Below are positions 47,571 through 56,802 of a stretch of 56,802 nt of DNA, in pieces. This DNA is from a virus. Its lineage: Duplodnaviria; Caudoviricetes. The stretch spans positions 1 through 56,802 of the IMG/VR virus record IMGVR_UViG_3300042446_001034; one strand, 5' to 3'. The position numbers and the translations under genes are program-made. Numbering within the stretch: position 1 is the first letter of the stretch; each line of letters starts with the position of its first letter. The notes under the pieces are model-generated. The model was given only the letters and a program-made list of their open reading frames with translations. It was not told the DNA's origin and did no database searches.

Positions 47571-48740
47571 TTAAGCAAAACGTAGGTTAGCGGATGTTAC
47601 AGCAACAGTCGCCAAGTAATCAGCTGCATTACCTAGAGAAGAAGCTGTGTTTGTCAACTCAACATAACCATAACGTGTCATGAATGACACGACTGGTTCG
47701 AAAGTTGCTGGGTCAAGAACAACACCACTGCTCATCAATGGAATGTATGGGCAATAGAATGCTGCTGCGTCAGATTCGCTAGAACCTTTGTAACCAACTA
47801 GAACGTTGTCGTTCTCTGCATATGTGTTAACATACACTTTCATTGCTGAATTCAATGTGCCAACAAACTTGGTGTTTGTAGGAGCTTCGAATGTGCCTTC
47901 TGTTGTGCGAGCAAAAGCAGAAGTAGTAGCACTTTGCAACAATGTTAATGTTGTTGGTGATACAACTGCCCAGTTACCTGCACCACGACGTGTACGCTGA
48001 GCGATCAAGTTAGCAGCACGGTTGATTTGAACTGCCAATGCGGCATGCTCGTCACCAACGAATGTTGCTGTACCAGATACAGCAGCTTGGTCATATGTTA
48101 ATACTGTTGAAGACAATGTAGCCAAGCTACGTAGAACTTCTTGATCGATCTCAGCTGTGATCTCTTGTGCAAGAGCAGCCATGATTTCTGCTTCGATGTC
48201 AATGCCTTGTTGGGCTTGTGCATCTTGAGCAGCTTCAAAAGTCCAGCGAGCTGACAACTTACGTGTCTTAGCTTCAACTGTTTGTTTCAAGATTTGAATA
48301 CTTAGCTTGTTACCAGCTACACCTTCTAGTGCTGCTGTTGACGCTGGTTTACCAGTTGTGGCTCCAGAATAACCTTCAGCAATCTTGAATGGGCTTAGTG
48401 CCTCTTCGCCAGGTGTTGTAGAACCACCAGCACTCGCACTAAATGTATCGCTGTAGCGAACACGTAGAGTGTGGATTTGTCCAACTGGACCTGTCATTGG
48501 TTGTACACCAACTAGTTCATTAGCAATGACTGTTGGCATTACACGTCTGATCACTGGAAGGATCACACGATTTAGTGTTGCTACGTTACCGGCGGATGTT
48601 GCTCCAGCGGTGGCACTCTCTGCCAAATACTTGCGGGTATTTTCTAGAGTTGTTGCCATTACTGAACGCTTGTTACCTTGAAGACCTTCTAAAAGGGCGT
48701 CTTTGGTTTCCGACCAGCGTGACTCGAGTAATTGTGACAT
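47571..48740 (-). CDS. gp23: Major capsid protein
   Basis: VGVQPMTGPVGQI, VEAKTRKLSARWTFEAAQD, EITAEID, IAQRTRRGAGN, FYCPYIPL and FMTRYG motifs. Confidence 0.96.
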   Translation of the reverse strand: MSQLLESRWSETKDALLEGLQGNKRSVMATTLENTRKYLAESATAGATSAGNVATLNRVILPVIRRVMPTVIANELVGVQPMTGPVGQIHTLRVRYSDTFSASAGGSTTPGEEALSPFKIAEGYSGATTGKPASTAALEGVAGNKLSIQILKQTVEAKTRKLSARWTFEAAQDAQAQQGIDIEAEIMAALAQEITAEIDQEVLRSLATLSSTVLTYDQAAVSGTATFVGDEHAALAVQINRAANLIAQRTRRGAGNWAVVSPTTLTLLQSATTSAFARTTEGTFEAPTNTKFVGTLNSAMKVYVNTYAENDNVLVGYKGSSESDAAAFYCPYIPLMSSGVVLDPATFEPVVSFMTRYGYVELTNTASSLGNAADYLATVAVTSANLRFA

Positions 48741-48751
48741 TATAGTTCTCC

Positions 48752-49846
48752 TTAAACTTTTAGTCCCGCAAGCCTGCGGATGTCAAATATCTCAGCGGTT
48801 TTTTCTTCTTTACCGCTGGATTGAGGTGCCTGTTTATCGCCTGTAATTTCTTTGCCTTCTGATAGTACTTTCTTCGCCGGTGCTCCACCATTCATTACTG
48901 CTGGTAGGTATTTGTCGAAAGCTGTACGTAGCTTTTCTGTTTGTGTTGATTCAAGCAGACTTTTCATGACTTCACGTTTGTCACCAGCCAAAGGATTTAG
49001 CAATTCGCTCATAACTTCCTTGCGTTGATTACTTTCTTTGATGACATGTAGTTCACGTTCTTTCTGTGCTACTTGTTGCTGTGCTTCTGCAACCATTTTT
49101 GCTGCTTGTTCCAATTCAGATTCTCTTGTCATCATAACTTTGAGAAGTTTTGCTGTTTCAGATTTCTCATTTAGATGACTTGCAGCATATTCGCTGGCAA
49201 ATGATTCAAAAATTCTGCGACCAAAGTCATTTCTTCTAGCTGATTCAATGTCTTCCTTGAGCTGAGTCATTTCAGAACGTAGACCGTTCTGCACTGTTTC
49301 TGCTACTTTTACGGAAGCTGCTGTGATAAATTCTTTCTTGAGATTGTCAAACTTGGCTCTGCTTTCGCGTACTAATTTTACTTTAGTTTCGGCCAAATCT
49401 TTCTTATCTGTGTGGAATTCTGCGATTTCTTTCGCCAGGGCATCCACGATAAAAGATTCTAATTTTGCAACATTGTTTGCAACTGTCTTGCGATCTTCGT
49501 GTAGTTCTGCCAATTCTTTGTTAAGATTATTAAAGATAAATGATTCCATTGCTTTGGAATCGTCTTTCATTTTCTTAGTATACTTGGCGCGGGCTTCGAT
49601 AAGTCCTTGGCGATCTTCTGCCAATTCACCTAACTCTGCCTGCAAGCGATCTGTTAGCATAGCTTCTACAGCTTCTACCATTGCGCCTTTGTCATGCTCA
49701 TACTTCTGAGCAAATTCTTCACGTAGTTCAGCGGTTACTTGATCACGGCTTTCTTGAATTCTGCTTTCCCAAGCTGATTCAATTTCCGATTTGATTTCTT
49801 CGGAAATCACATTGTTTTCAAACAATTGTTTTACGATGTCTAGCAT
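48752..49846 (-). CDS. Prohead core scaffolding protein (gp22-like)
   Basis: Coiled-coil, Glu/Lys-rich 364 aa protein between the protease and capsid genes. Confidence 0.78.
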   Translation of the reverse strand: MLDIVKQLFENNVISEEIKSEIESAWESRIQESRDQVTAELREEFAQKYEHDKGAMVEAVEAMLTDRLQAELGELAEDRQGLIEARAKYTKKMKDDSKAMESFIFNNLNKELAELHEDRKTVANNVAKLESFIVDALAKEIAEFHTDKKDLAETKVKLVRESRAKFDNLKKEFITAASVKVAETVQNGLRSEMTQLKEDIESARRNDFGRRIFESFASEYAASHLNEKSETAKLLKVMMTRESELEQAAKMVAEAQQQVAQKERELHVIKESNQRKEVMSELLNPLAGDKREVMKSLLESTQTEKLRTAFDKYLPAVMNGGAPAKKVLSEGKEITGDKQAPQSSGKEEKTAEIFDIRRLAGLKV

Positions 49847-49861
49847 GTGATTCTCCTACTG

Positions 49862-50500
49862 TTATTTGAGTCCAGAGATTATTCTCTTGAGACTTTCTGC
49901 TAAGTATTTTTGAGCCTTGGGGTCGCCTTGAACTTCTTGTGCTATTTGATATGCCTTGTAACCGCCTGTGTTATTGATTAAATGTTCGTATACTGGTGTG
50001 GGATAAGCTCCCGGGGCGCTGGGCTGTGCTACCACATCTACTGTGATTATTTCAAAACCCTGCACTTTGCCACTACTGTCTACTTCGCCGGATCCTCTGG
50101 AACTAACACCCAGTTTAACTCCTGCTTCCAACATGGACTGAATCAACTGCCCCATTGGAGTTGGGAGTATTTTTAGTTTTCCGTAGCCGTTAGGACCATC
50201 CATCCACATCTTGGTAATCATATGACTAACACGATCTAGATTAATTTTTAAATCCTGAGGATGATCAACTTCTCCAAGAACGGAGTAGCCACCAGCGATC
50301 TGTTCATTGAGCGTTTTGACAGCCCTGCCAATTTCTTCAGAAGAGTAAACACGCTGATTTGCATTCCGGATGTCTCCTTGAATGCAAATGCCGTTTAGAT
50401 GCAGCGACTTTTTACCGTCGCTGCCTTCGTCGCGCTCCAAGACAATCTTAGCCTGGTCAAAACTCAAATGTTCTGATAGAGTAGTTTTCACCTTTGTCAA
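49862..50500 (-). CDS. gp21: Prohead protease
   Basis: NANQRVY, GEVDHP, RVSH, LGVSSRGSG and DVVAQPSAPGA motifs; start may be the GTG at 50491. Confidence 0.93.
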   Translation of the reverse strand: MTKVKTTLSEHLSFDQAKIVLERDEGSDGKKSLHLNGICIQGDIRNANQRVYSSEEIGRAVKTLNEQIAGGYSVLGEVDHPQDLKINLDRVSHMITKMWMDGPNGYGKLKILPTPMGQLIQSMLEAGVKLGVSSRGSGEVDSSGKVQGFEIITVDVVAQPSAPGAYPTPVYEHLINNTGGYKAYQIAQEVQGDPKAQKYLAESLKRIISGLK

Positions 50501-50506
50501 GTCCTA

Positions 50507-51343
50507 TTATCTACGACCACGGAAAAGGCTTTGCTTGTTGTCTGGTGATTCTTTTGCACCAGCTTTTTCAGCACCATGTCCGGGCTCTTTCTTAGAAAAC
50601 GCATTACCGTTCTTAGCACCTGGGACATTGATGTTGCCAGCATTATCTTCGGTCGGCTTGCCTTTCAGCAATCCTGAACCTTTTAATTCACCTGTTTCTG
50701 AACCAGGGGCACCGTTCTTGCCGCTTAGAATGTTGGCAGTTGTACCGCCCATGTCATTCTTGCCAGCTACGATAGACTTGTTGTTAACACCGTTATCGCC
50801 CATTTTAGCTGGTGCAACTTTCTCAACGTATTCACGAACAGTGGCTAGATCAAAATTGTCTTTCATTTTTTCATCGCCCATGTCGCCCATGTCATCATCG
50901 CCCATGTCGCCCATGTCGTCACCGCCTTTGAGTTCATCAAATTTGGCCTGTAATTCATCTACAATACTGTCAAGATCTTGGAACAACTCTTCTTCAGACT
51001 TGTCACCCATGTCTTCGTCATCCATTTCTGCATCGATGTCGCCTTCTAGATCGTCAGTTGGATCTCCGCCCATTGGGCTCATATCGTCATCGCCTTCAAT
51101 GGCAATGTCTTCAAATTCTTCGTCGACTTTGTCTTCTTCTGCATCATCATCTTTAGCAGCTTCGTCCATGTCTTCGTCGTCTTCATCTTTTTCTTCTTCT
51201 TCAGCAATTTCGCTGTCGATCAAAGATTCATAGATTTCACGAGATTTTGTTACCACATATTCGTGGAACAATTCTTCTGCTTTAGCTTGGTCATCGTTTA
51301 CTAGATTCTCAAGCATCTGTTGTAATAATTTATTGTCGGCCAT
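50507..51343 (-). CDS. Acidic prohead core / internal protein
   Basis: AEELFHEYVV.KSREIYE followed by a D/E-rich tract; GAGGAG SD before the ATG at 51343. Confidence 0.65.
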   Translation of the reverse strand: MADNKLLQQMLENLVNDDQAKAEELFHEYVVTKSREIYESLIDSEIAEEEEKDEDDEDMDEAAKDDDAEEDKVDEEFEDIAIEGDDDMSPMGGDPTDDLEGDIDAEMDDEDMGDKSEEELFQDLDSIVDELQAKFDELKGGDDMGDMGDDDMGDMGDEKMKDNFDLATVREYVEKVAPAKMGDNGVNNKSIVAGKNDMGGTTANILSGKNGAPGSETGELKGSGLLKGKPTEDNAGNINVPGAKNGNAFSKKEPGHGAEKAGAKESPDNKQSLFRGRR

Positions 51344-51403
51344 GGTATTCTCCTCAAATGGTATGGGCTGTTGTTTATTTAACACGAAGATTACAAACAG
51401 GTG

Positions 51404-52060
51404 TTAAATGGTAGTTTTTTGATTGATTTGATCTGAATATATAGTATCAGGAAAACTTCTACTAAATTCATCGTAGGTGATATGACTGAGATTAGTCAGG
51501 GCAGGTCCTAGTTTGTCCGGGATAAATGCTCCAGGTTCTATGACTCTAAAAAAATGTGTGTGACGGAATTCTTTAATTACTTTTTCAGTTTGACTTAACC
51601 AGTTTCCGTGATAAGTGGCAGCATCTGTTGATTTTTTATAGTTAAATGTATCTGCGTATATGTTATTAAATTTGCCGTTCAATCCTTGATAGTCAAAGCC
51701 AAAAATATAGATACTTTTATGTTCTTGAGTAGCTGCAAACCATAGTGCTGTGGGCCCTGAACTCCATCCCTTGTGCGGGCTAAAGAAGTTTATACTATGT
51801 TTGGTTTGTATGCCTTTGTTGGGATTTGTCCAGACTTGATGCTTTTTGTTATAGCCAGACTCAATGATTTCGTTGACCATTTTCACATCTACAGCTATTA
51901 GATAGTGGGGTTCAAACTCACGATACTGTGCATTACAGCCGTAGGTTACACCGTTAGTCATTAGAGATCGTAGATTCAAGCACTGTCGACTAGTGCCGTT
52001 GCCTATAACAAACGCGGGGTTATTATGCAGGTGCTGCTTCTTCGCCAACTGGAGTTCCAT
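51404..52060 (-). CDS. MAF/DUF115-like, sialyltransferase-fold putative glycosyltransferase
   Basis: AFVIGNGTSR, YGCNA.YR..P.YLIAVD, SSGPTA and IYIFGFD motifs. Confidence 0.55.
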   Translation of the reverse strand: MELQLAKKQHLHNNPAFVIGNGTSRQCLNLRSLMTNGVTYGCNAQYREFEPHYLIAVDVKMVNEIIESGYNKKHQVWTNPNKGIQTKHSINFFSPHKGWSSGPTALWFAATQEHKSIYIFGFDYQGLNGKFNNIYADTFNYKKSTDAATYHGNWLSQTEKVIKEFRHTHFFRVIEPGAFIPDKLGPALTNLSHITYDEFSRSFPDTIYSDQINQKTTI

Positions 52061-52271
52061 ACATTTGTCTTATAAAATCCAGTTCAGATTGAGATTCTAA
52101 TTGATGTGCTTCGCTTTGAAGCCTCAGTTGATTGATTTGTCGCAGCGTAAGACGTATCTTTCTTGTGTCTTTTTTGCCAATGATGCTGCGATCTCTGCTG
52201 GATTCATATCTACGATCTTGAGCAAAGTCGTTGTTTTTTTCGTTGAAGTAAAAGAATTCGTTAAGAAGCAT
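52023..52271 (-). CDS. Small prohead-associated protein
   Basis: MLLNEF..DTRK.RLTLRQIN.LR..QMYG; TAAATA 4 nt before the ATG at 52271. Confidence 0.6.
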   Translation of the reverse strand: MLLNEFFYFNEKNNDFAQDRRYESSRDRSIIGKKDTRKIRLTLRQINQLRLQSEAHQLESQSELDFIRQMYGTPVGEEAAPA

Positions 52272-52281
52272 AATGTATTTA

Positions 52282-53991
52282 TTATTGAACTGGTGCTTCT
52301 GGTGCTGCTTCTGCTCCGGCATCTGCTCCAGGTTCTGCAGCAGCAGCCATGTCTAAAGGTGCTTCTGCTTCTTGAGCGCCAGCATCTGCAGCCATGCCTC
52401 CTGGTGTTACACCTATGCCTCTCAACTGACTCTGCGCATCGGCAGGTGCTTTAATATTAGCACCGTTTTCCTCACGCCATAATCTTTCGTTTTCTTTGAT
52501 CTCATCTTCGGTCATGCCTAAGAATCGTTTCATAGCAAAACGCTTGCTGAGATGCGGAATCTGTACCACCTGTGAAAACGTTGCTGCTCTAGCTGTGTCT
52601 AATTCACTTTGACGATAAGCAGCAAAATTCTGCGGCTGATTAAATTTAAGTTCAAACAAGCCATTGTCAATGTTTACACCTTGGTCATTAAGCCACAGCT
52701 TGAATTCAAGATCAAATGTTTCTACTATGATGCTCTGTAGACGTTTGCAGTATTCGTTAAAGCGCAGTTCTTGTATGTAAGCAGTGCCTACTTTGCCATC
52801 AGACACAGTGTTGGCTTGTTCATCAATAGATGTAGGTAGGTATGAAGCAGGTATGCGCAAAGCACGGAACAGTTTGTTAGTAAAATAACGTAGGTCTGTG
52901 ATTTCACCTAGGTTAGTACCGCCTGGCAGTGTTTCAACTTTTGATCCACGACCTTCTGCAGTCTGTGGAAAGAAATAGTCTTCGTTTACACTTAGAGGAT
53001 TATAACTGGCGTCTATGACGTTGGCTCCACCACCTGTTGAGCTAGGAATACGTCTTTGTTGGATTTCGTTTTTAACACGTTCAACAAAGCTCATGGCCAT
53101 GTGTGCCGGCATATTTCCAACGTCCACATAGAAAATACGTCTTTCTGGAGCACGTTGTATACGATAGATAATGATAGCATCTTCAAGCAATTCTTTCTGC
53201 TTGTAGACTTTGAATACTGATTCTAGTAGACTGTTGCCAAAAGGATAGTTGTTGTCCAGGCCTTCTGACAATGAAAGATGGATAACATGCTTGGCATCTA
53301 CCGTGATTTCGTTGGTCTGATTACTGAATCTTGTTCCTACTGAACGTGCTGCATCACCTGCAAATCCTCTACCACCTCCACCACCTCCAGTTGTATATGA
53401 ACTAGTACCGCTAGGGGCTGTGTTTGTAGTATTATGTGGTGTTGTAGCTATGAATTCTTTGAAGTTGAAGTTAAGATCACGGATCACATACTGTTCAGGA
53501 ATCTTGCCTTCTGATTCATTGACGATGATCTTTGTGACTTTAGAAGCATCTACAAACAACCATTTTTTGGTTTCTGGATCGCGAATAAAAAAGCAGTCAC
53601 CGTATTTGAATGCGTTGCGTAGTATGCGAAAGATTCTAGTTTCAAAACTATTCTGCTTGCACCATTTCTGTAGGCTGTCTTTGAGTATTTTAACTTCAGT
53701 AGCCGTGGGCTCACCGCGGAAAAATGTGTGGAATGGTGTGGCGTTTTCTTTGTCTTTTTGAGTGCAGAATTCTGTGAGTATGTCCAAAGCAGCATTGACT
53801 TCTGAGTCCATGTCCATGGTATCATACTGCATGTATCGTTCAATGCGATTCGGTGAACCTGCGTAAACATCTGGTAGATAGCTGGAGTAATTGGCGCGAG
53901 CAGGACCCGGACGACCGCGACCACTTATTGGGCTCATGCTGCCGCCGGTGTTGTCTATGTTAACAGGGGTGAAGTATTTTTTCCAGCTCAT
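52282..53991 (-). CDS. gp20: Portal protein
   Basis: LLEDAIIIYRIQRAPERRIFYVDVGNMP, EDYFFP, LPGG.NLGEI.D and ELRF motifs. Confidence 0.95.
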   Translation of the reverse strand: MSWKKYFTPVNIDNTGGSMSPISGRGRPGPARANYSSYLPDVYAGSPNRIERYMQYDTMDMDSEVNAALDILTEFCTQKDKENATPFHTFFRGEPTATEVKILKDSLQKWCKQNSFETRIFRILRNAFKYGDCFFIRDPETKKWLFVDASKVTKIIVNESEGKIPEQYVIRDLNFNFKEFIATTPHNTTNTAPSGTSSYTTGGGGGGRGFAGDAARSVGTRFSNQTNEITVDAKHVIHLSLSEGLDNNYPFGNSLLESVFKVYKQKELLEDAIIIYRIQRAPERRIFYVDVGNMPAHMAMSFVERVKNEIQQRRIPSSTGGGANVIDASYNPLSVNEDYFFPQTAEGRGSKVETLPGGTNLGEITDLRYFTNKLFRALRIPASYLPTSIDEQANTVSDGKVGTAYIQELRFNEYCKRLQSIIVETFDLEFKLWLNDQGVNIDNGLFELKFNQPQNFAAYRQSELDTARAATFSQVVQIPHLSKRFAMKRFLGMTEDEIKENERLWREENGANIKAPADAQSQLRGIGVTPGGMAADAGAQEAEAPLDMAAAAEPGADAGAEAAPEAPVQ

Positions 53992-56802
53992 GCTTTGTAT
54001 AGATTCTTATTAAGACCTTTGGTTGCCAGAACACCTTCATAGGTATTTGTAGTGGTCTGCGCCTGCAGTTTTATCATTTGTGCCATCTTAGTATTTAACT
54101 CCGCAAGCAATACTGATGGAGATTCTTGAGACTTTTTATCTTGTTCTTGTTTTTCTTTGGCTACTGCATCTTCTTTGGCTTTGGCTTCTGCATCTGCTTT
54201 GGCTTTGGCTTCTGCTTCCTGTTTTTTCTTTTCTGCATCTGCTTCAAGAGCTTTTTTGCCTGCGTCAGTTTGTGTGGTAGGTTGAGGTTTAGCTGATGCT
54301 GGGACCGCTGGTTTATCTGTAGGAGCTGTGGTAGGTTGAGGTTTAGCTGGTGCTGGGACTGCCGCTTTTTCTTTAGCTTCTGCATCGGCTTTTTCGTTGC
54401 CAGACTTTTCAAAATCTTTAATTATTTGTTGTTTTTCTGCTTCTTTTTGAGCCTTTTCTGCTTTAGTAAGTGCTTCTAATTTCTTTTCGGCTGCTTCAAC
54501 TTTTTCAATAGCTGCTTTCTTTTCAGCTGTGGTTTTGGCTTCTGTTAGTTCTTTGTTAGCAGCATCTTTTTCTTTGCCAATTTCCTGTTTTTTAATTCCA
54601 ATTTCTACAGAGCCGCCTTGCTTACCGCTGAACTGTTTCAACAGTTCTTCTGGTCCTGCACTGTAGTCTAATAATTTTTCTTGAGCCTTTACCGCAGCTT
54701 CTTTGGCTTCTGCTTCTTTTTTTGCTCCAGTTGTGAGTCTATCATGGGTAAGTTTCTTTTCTTTAAATTGAGCTTCGTCTTTTTTCAAACCGGTTATCTG
54801 TGCTTTAGTCAGTTCGTCATTGTTGGTTTTACGCAATGCTCTTTCTTCAGCTCGATCTTTTTTACGCTGATCGGATTGTTCTTTACGTTCGGCATATTCT
54901 TTTTCACTGATACCTGCTAGGCCTTTAGTTAATTTTCCTATAGCAAATAAAATTTGATCCATTAAATCATCAAAGAATGATCCCACATCTTGAATAATAT
55001 CCATAAATTTTGCCAAGCCATTAATCACGTCCTTGACAACCGTCCACATACCACCAAGTATAGCTACCACTGCTTTGATAATTGGAGTGAACATAAAATC
55101 GAACACTTTAATTAGCACTCCTACAGCCGTACCTAGCACTTGGAACGCTTCTCCTACAAATGCACCTACTTTAATTAATATCTCACCGAACCCTCCTGCG
55201 CTTTCTGAAACTCCAAATATGTTGCTCATTAATTCTTTCAAAGGTTGAATGATCTGCATCACGCCATTATACAACCCGTCAAAGGCCAATATAGCTCCTC
55301 TAACCAAGCCACCTAGAACCGGAAACACAGCATTCATAATACCGTCAATGAATTCGACTGTACCGCCTAACCCCGAAGCACCAAATTTTTCACTGAGGTA
55401 ATCTATCACAGGAGCCAACAATAGACTCATGCCTTCCCATATCTTCATGGCCACCGACACTACAAGGTTAAAAGCAGGTACCAAATATTTTTCTGCGAGA
55501 TTGGCCACTGTGCCAAACGCACTGATTAGGTAGTCTAATATGCCACTGTTAGCCAACAGCATCTTGAATTTGTTACCTACTTCTGCGATTGCAGCTTGGA
55601 ACTGCTGCATCTTTTGATTCATCTTGTCTGTTTCAGCAGCTGCTTTTTTCTGTTCTTCTGTGGCTTCTTTTATACCATTAGTGTTTATCTGTTGAGTAGC
55701 TGCTAATGCGTTAACAGTGCCACCTAGCTCGGCACTGGCAGCTCCTGCGTATTTTATGTTTTGTAATTGTTTACCACCTTCCTGTTTCATTAAATTGTTT
55801 AAAGCGTTGCGTTCTTCTAAAGTTACCGCTTCGCCTCGTTGCATTTTTTGATTCATTCTCTGCAGCATGGCCGCGCTCTGAGGCATCATTGCCATGAGCT
55901 TTTGATTTTCTTCTGTTGTGGCGGTTCCAGTAGACATAATGTCTTTGGCAAATGTTTCAAGACCTTTAGGAAGACCACCGGTCACTGCCAAGAAACTGTT
56001 TCTTACTCCTTCACCTAGCCCTGACATGGATGCTTGGAACTGTGCATCTTTGGCCATTGCTGCCATTGATTCTTCTACTTGTGATCTTGATTGACCTGTG
56101 GCTTTTGCCAACGCATCCATTTCTTTTAAATAGGACTTGGCACCCTGTGCTAATTCTGCATTGGATTTTTTACCTTGCAGTCCTTGAGACTTCATCAATG
56201 CACCGTAACTGGCTAATCCTTGATTGATATCTTGTGTGCTAAATCCTAATGCATATAATTCACTGCTGGTACTACGCAGTTGTTTTGATACTCGAGCAAA
56301 ATTACTTGCACCACCTTCTGTGGTGGTTCCAAACGCAGTCATAGCATTGCCGTTCTTCTGAATCATAGATCCAAACTCTGCCATAGACATGCCTGCTTGA
56401 GAAGCAGCTGTGGCAAAATTACTGATACTACCTCCAAATGTGGCACCGGTCTGTGACACAGCAACAAACGATTTAGTAACGTCATCGGCTGCACCTGCCA
56501 CTGCTGTAAACAACTTACCAAATATAGGAATACCGCTAAACATTTGGGCAGCACCGGTAGCACTTCCATCCAATCTCGACAATGATTCAACTGCGCCTGT
56601 CACTGTATCGCTAAACTTTACATATGCTCCAGCTGCCTGTATAGCTGTATCTTTAAGTTTGCCGATGCCGGCTACAGCTATGCCGGCCATGAATCCTACA
56701 CCTTTAAAAGATTTACTAACCGCAGCAGAAGCAAGTCCTAACGCACCACCGCCTCCTGCTCCGCCACCACCTCCGCCACCACCGCCACCAGGACCACCAC
56801 CG
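53988..56802 (-). CDS. Tape-measure-like protein (5' end beyond the window)
   Basis: Over 900 aa of Ala/Gly-rich helical sequence with amphipathic repeats and a charged C-terminus; the frame stays open upstream of 56690 through a poly-Gly tract. Confidence 0.65.
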   Translation of the reverse strand, partial: GGGPGGGGGGGGGGAGGGGALGLASAAVSKSFKGVGFMAGIAVAGIGKLKDTAIQAAGAYVKFSDTVTGAVESLSRLDGSATGAAQMFSGIPIFGKLFTAVAGAADDVTKSFVAVSQTGATFGGSISNFATAASQAGMSMAEFGSMIQKNGNAMTAFGTTTEGGASNFARVSKQLRSTSSELYALGFSTQDINQGLASYGALMKSQGLQGKKSNAELAQGAKSYLKEMDALAKATGQSRSQVEESMAAMAKDAQFQASMSGLGEGVRNSFLAVTGGLPKGLETFAKDIMSTGTATTEENQKLMAMMPQSAAMLQRMNQKMQRGEAVTLEERNALNNLMKQEGGKQLQNIKYAGAASAELGGTVNALAATQQINTNGIKEATEEQKKAAAETDKMNQKMQQFQAAIAEVGNKFKMLLANSGILDYLISAFGTVANLAEKYLVPAFNLVVSVAMKIWEGMSLLLAPVIDYLSEKFGASGLGGTVEFIDGIMNAVFPVLGGLVRGAILAFDGLYNGVMQIIQPLKELMSNIFGVSESAGGFGEILIKVGAFVGEAFQVLGTAVGVLIKVFDFMFTPIIKAVVAILGGMWTVVKDVINGLAKFMDIIQDVGSFFDDLMDQILFAIGKLTKGLAGISEKEYAERKEQSDQRKKDRAEERALRKTNNDELTKAQITGLKKDEAQFKEKKLTHDRLTTGAKKEAEAKEAAVKAQEKLLDYSAGPEELLKQFSGKQGGSVEIGIKKQEIGKEKDAANKELTEAKTTAEKKAAIEKVEAAEKKLEALTKAEKAQKEAEKQQIIKDFEKSGNEKADAEAKEKAAVPAPAKPQPTTAPTDKPAVPASAKPQPTTQTDAGKKALEADAEKKKQEAEAKAKADAEAKAKEDAVAKEKQEQDKKSQESPSVLLAELNTKMAQMIKLQAQTTTNTYEGVLATKGLNKNLYKA
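54273..54362. repeat. Two ~36 nt direct repeats, 54 nt apart, encoding AVPA.AKPQPTT
   Basis: tgtggtaggttgaggtttagctg(a/g)tgctgggac at 54273 and 54327. Confidence 0.8.

Noticed and set aside
243-56590. Many 60-283 aa ORFs antisense to or nested in long genes (e.g. 50382..51233 +, 11405..11926 -, 49323..49709 +)
   Set aside because: Shadow ORFs of well-supported genes; no motifs, SDs or promoters
1-56802. CRISPR array, tRNA or rRNA genes
   Set aside because: No repeat-spacer periodicity or cloverleaf seen; the repeats found are in-frame coding repeats. A tRNAscan run would be needed to be certain
1-56802. Stop-codon reassignment
   Set aside because: Core genes are full length under the standard code, and TAA, TGA and TAG all end plausible genes

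Overview
This window is the virion-morphogenesis region of a large T4-superfamily (myovirus-type) dsDNA phage, read mostly on the minus strand. From the right end it holds a tape-measure-like gene (partial) and the head module (gp20 portal, core/scaffold proteins, gp21 protease, gp23 capsid). About 20 kb of tail-fibre and structural genes follow, including two giant paralogs of 2509 and 1842 aa and two ~10%-Cys fibre-tip proteins. Next comes an AT-rich sugar-modification cassette: a GT9-like glycosyltransferase, a carbamoyltransferase, an SGNH-like protein, GmhB, a cupin, split HldE/RfaE and HldD. A fibre / subtilisin / cupredoxin-fibre block follows, then neck genes gp13-15, dNMP kinase, an enlarged gp18 sheath, gp19 tube, gp4 and a probable small terminase. 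The best candidate for a new system is the nucleotide-heptose pathway. It lacks GmhA but has a PMI-like cupin in its place, and its GT9 has Arg at the catalytic Asp position. It sits directly behind the Cys-rich fibre genes, which suggests the phage glycosylates its own virion. Also notable are recurrent TAAATA late promoters 4-5 nt before ATGs (likely leaderless mRNAs) and two structured, possibly pseudoknotted 5' leaders. All calls come from motif recognition by eye; no searches were run.
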